The translations under genes were made by a program, and so were the position numbers. From an archaeon (GTDB taxonomy: Archaea; Nanobdellota; Nanobdellia; Woesearchaeales; WJKL01): a DNA stretch of 15,882 nucleotides. Of this stretch, positions 15,869 through 15,882 are shown piece after piece (positions within the stretch are counted from its first letter, which is position 1; every line of letters starts with the position of its first letter). The stretch is taken from contig JAGVIO010000202.1 in the NCBI GenBank assembly GCA_020056025.1, positions 1 to 15,882 of the forward strand, given 5' to 3'. The notes under the pieces are model-generated. The model saw only the letters and a list, made by a program, of their open reading frames with translations. It ran no database searches and had not been told where the DNA came from.

Positions 15869-15882
15869 AGATCGGAAGAGCA
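15869..15882 (+). other. Illumina TruSeq adapter remnant AGATCGGAAGAGCA at the contig end (assembly artefact)
   Basis: Exact match to the first 14 nt of the universal Illumina adapter read-through sequence AGATCGGAAGAGCACACGTC... Confidence 0.7.

Noticed and set aside
1-15882. CRISPR arrays, tRNA/rRNA genes, IS elements
   Set aside because: No regularly spaced direct repeats, no cloverleaf-like GC-rich islands of 70-90 nt, and no transposase-like ORFs were seen in any frame.

Overview
This is an AT-rich (roughly mid-30s % GC by eye) contig fragment whose gene content points to an archaeon. It carries secF followed by secD, an archaeal-type UMP kinase, and a four-subunit pyruvate:ferredoxin oxidoreductase cluster in the order porG-porD-porA-porB. 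All three stop codons (TAA, TAG, TGA) are used as stops, so there is no evidence of a recoded genetic code. Small lysine/glutamate-rich proteins and AT-rich TATA-like intergenic regions suggest a small-genome, DPANN-like lineage, probably from a metagenome: the last 14 nt are an Illumina adapter. On the + strand, from the left, the window holds a 5'-truncated GalE-like epimerase, an AbrB-N-terminal/PhoU-like regulator, secF-secD and pyrH. These are followed by an SPFH (band-7) protein with a large charged insertion and a small two-TM membrane gene that looks frameshifted at a G7 run. On the - strand sit a cold-shock protein with an acidic tail and the por cluster. On the + strand at the right end sits a tightly coupled operon of unrecognisable, highly charged alpha-helical proteins. 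The most interesting part is the por locus, which has been invaded or damaged three separate ways. First, porB carries a full-length 368-aa intein with a LAGLIDADG endonuclease domain, inserted exactly in the TPP-binding YMN|TG motif. Second, a free-standing double-motif LAGLIDADG homing-endonuclease gene sits antisense between porD and porA, next to a small membrane protein gene. Third, porA itself is interrupted by a 30-nt in-frame segment that carries two stop codons and a 9-bp hairpin; removing it restores a perfect canonical PorA alignment. All coordinates were derived by hand-counting from the ORF track and the sequence, with no database searches, so every family assignment rests on motifs I recognise.
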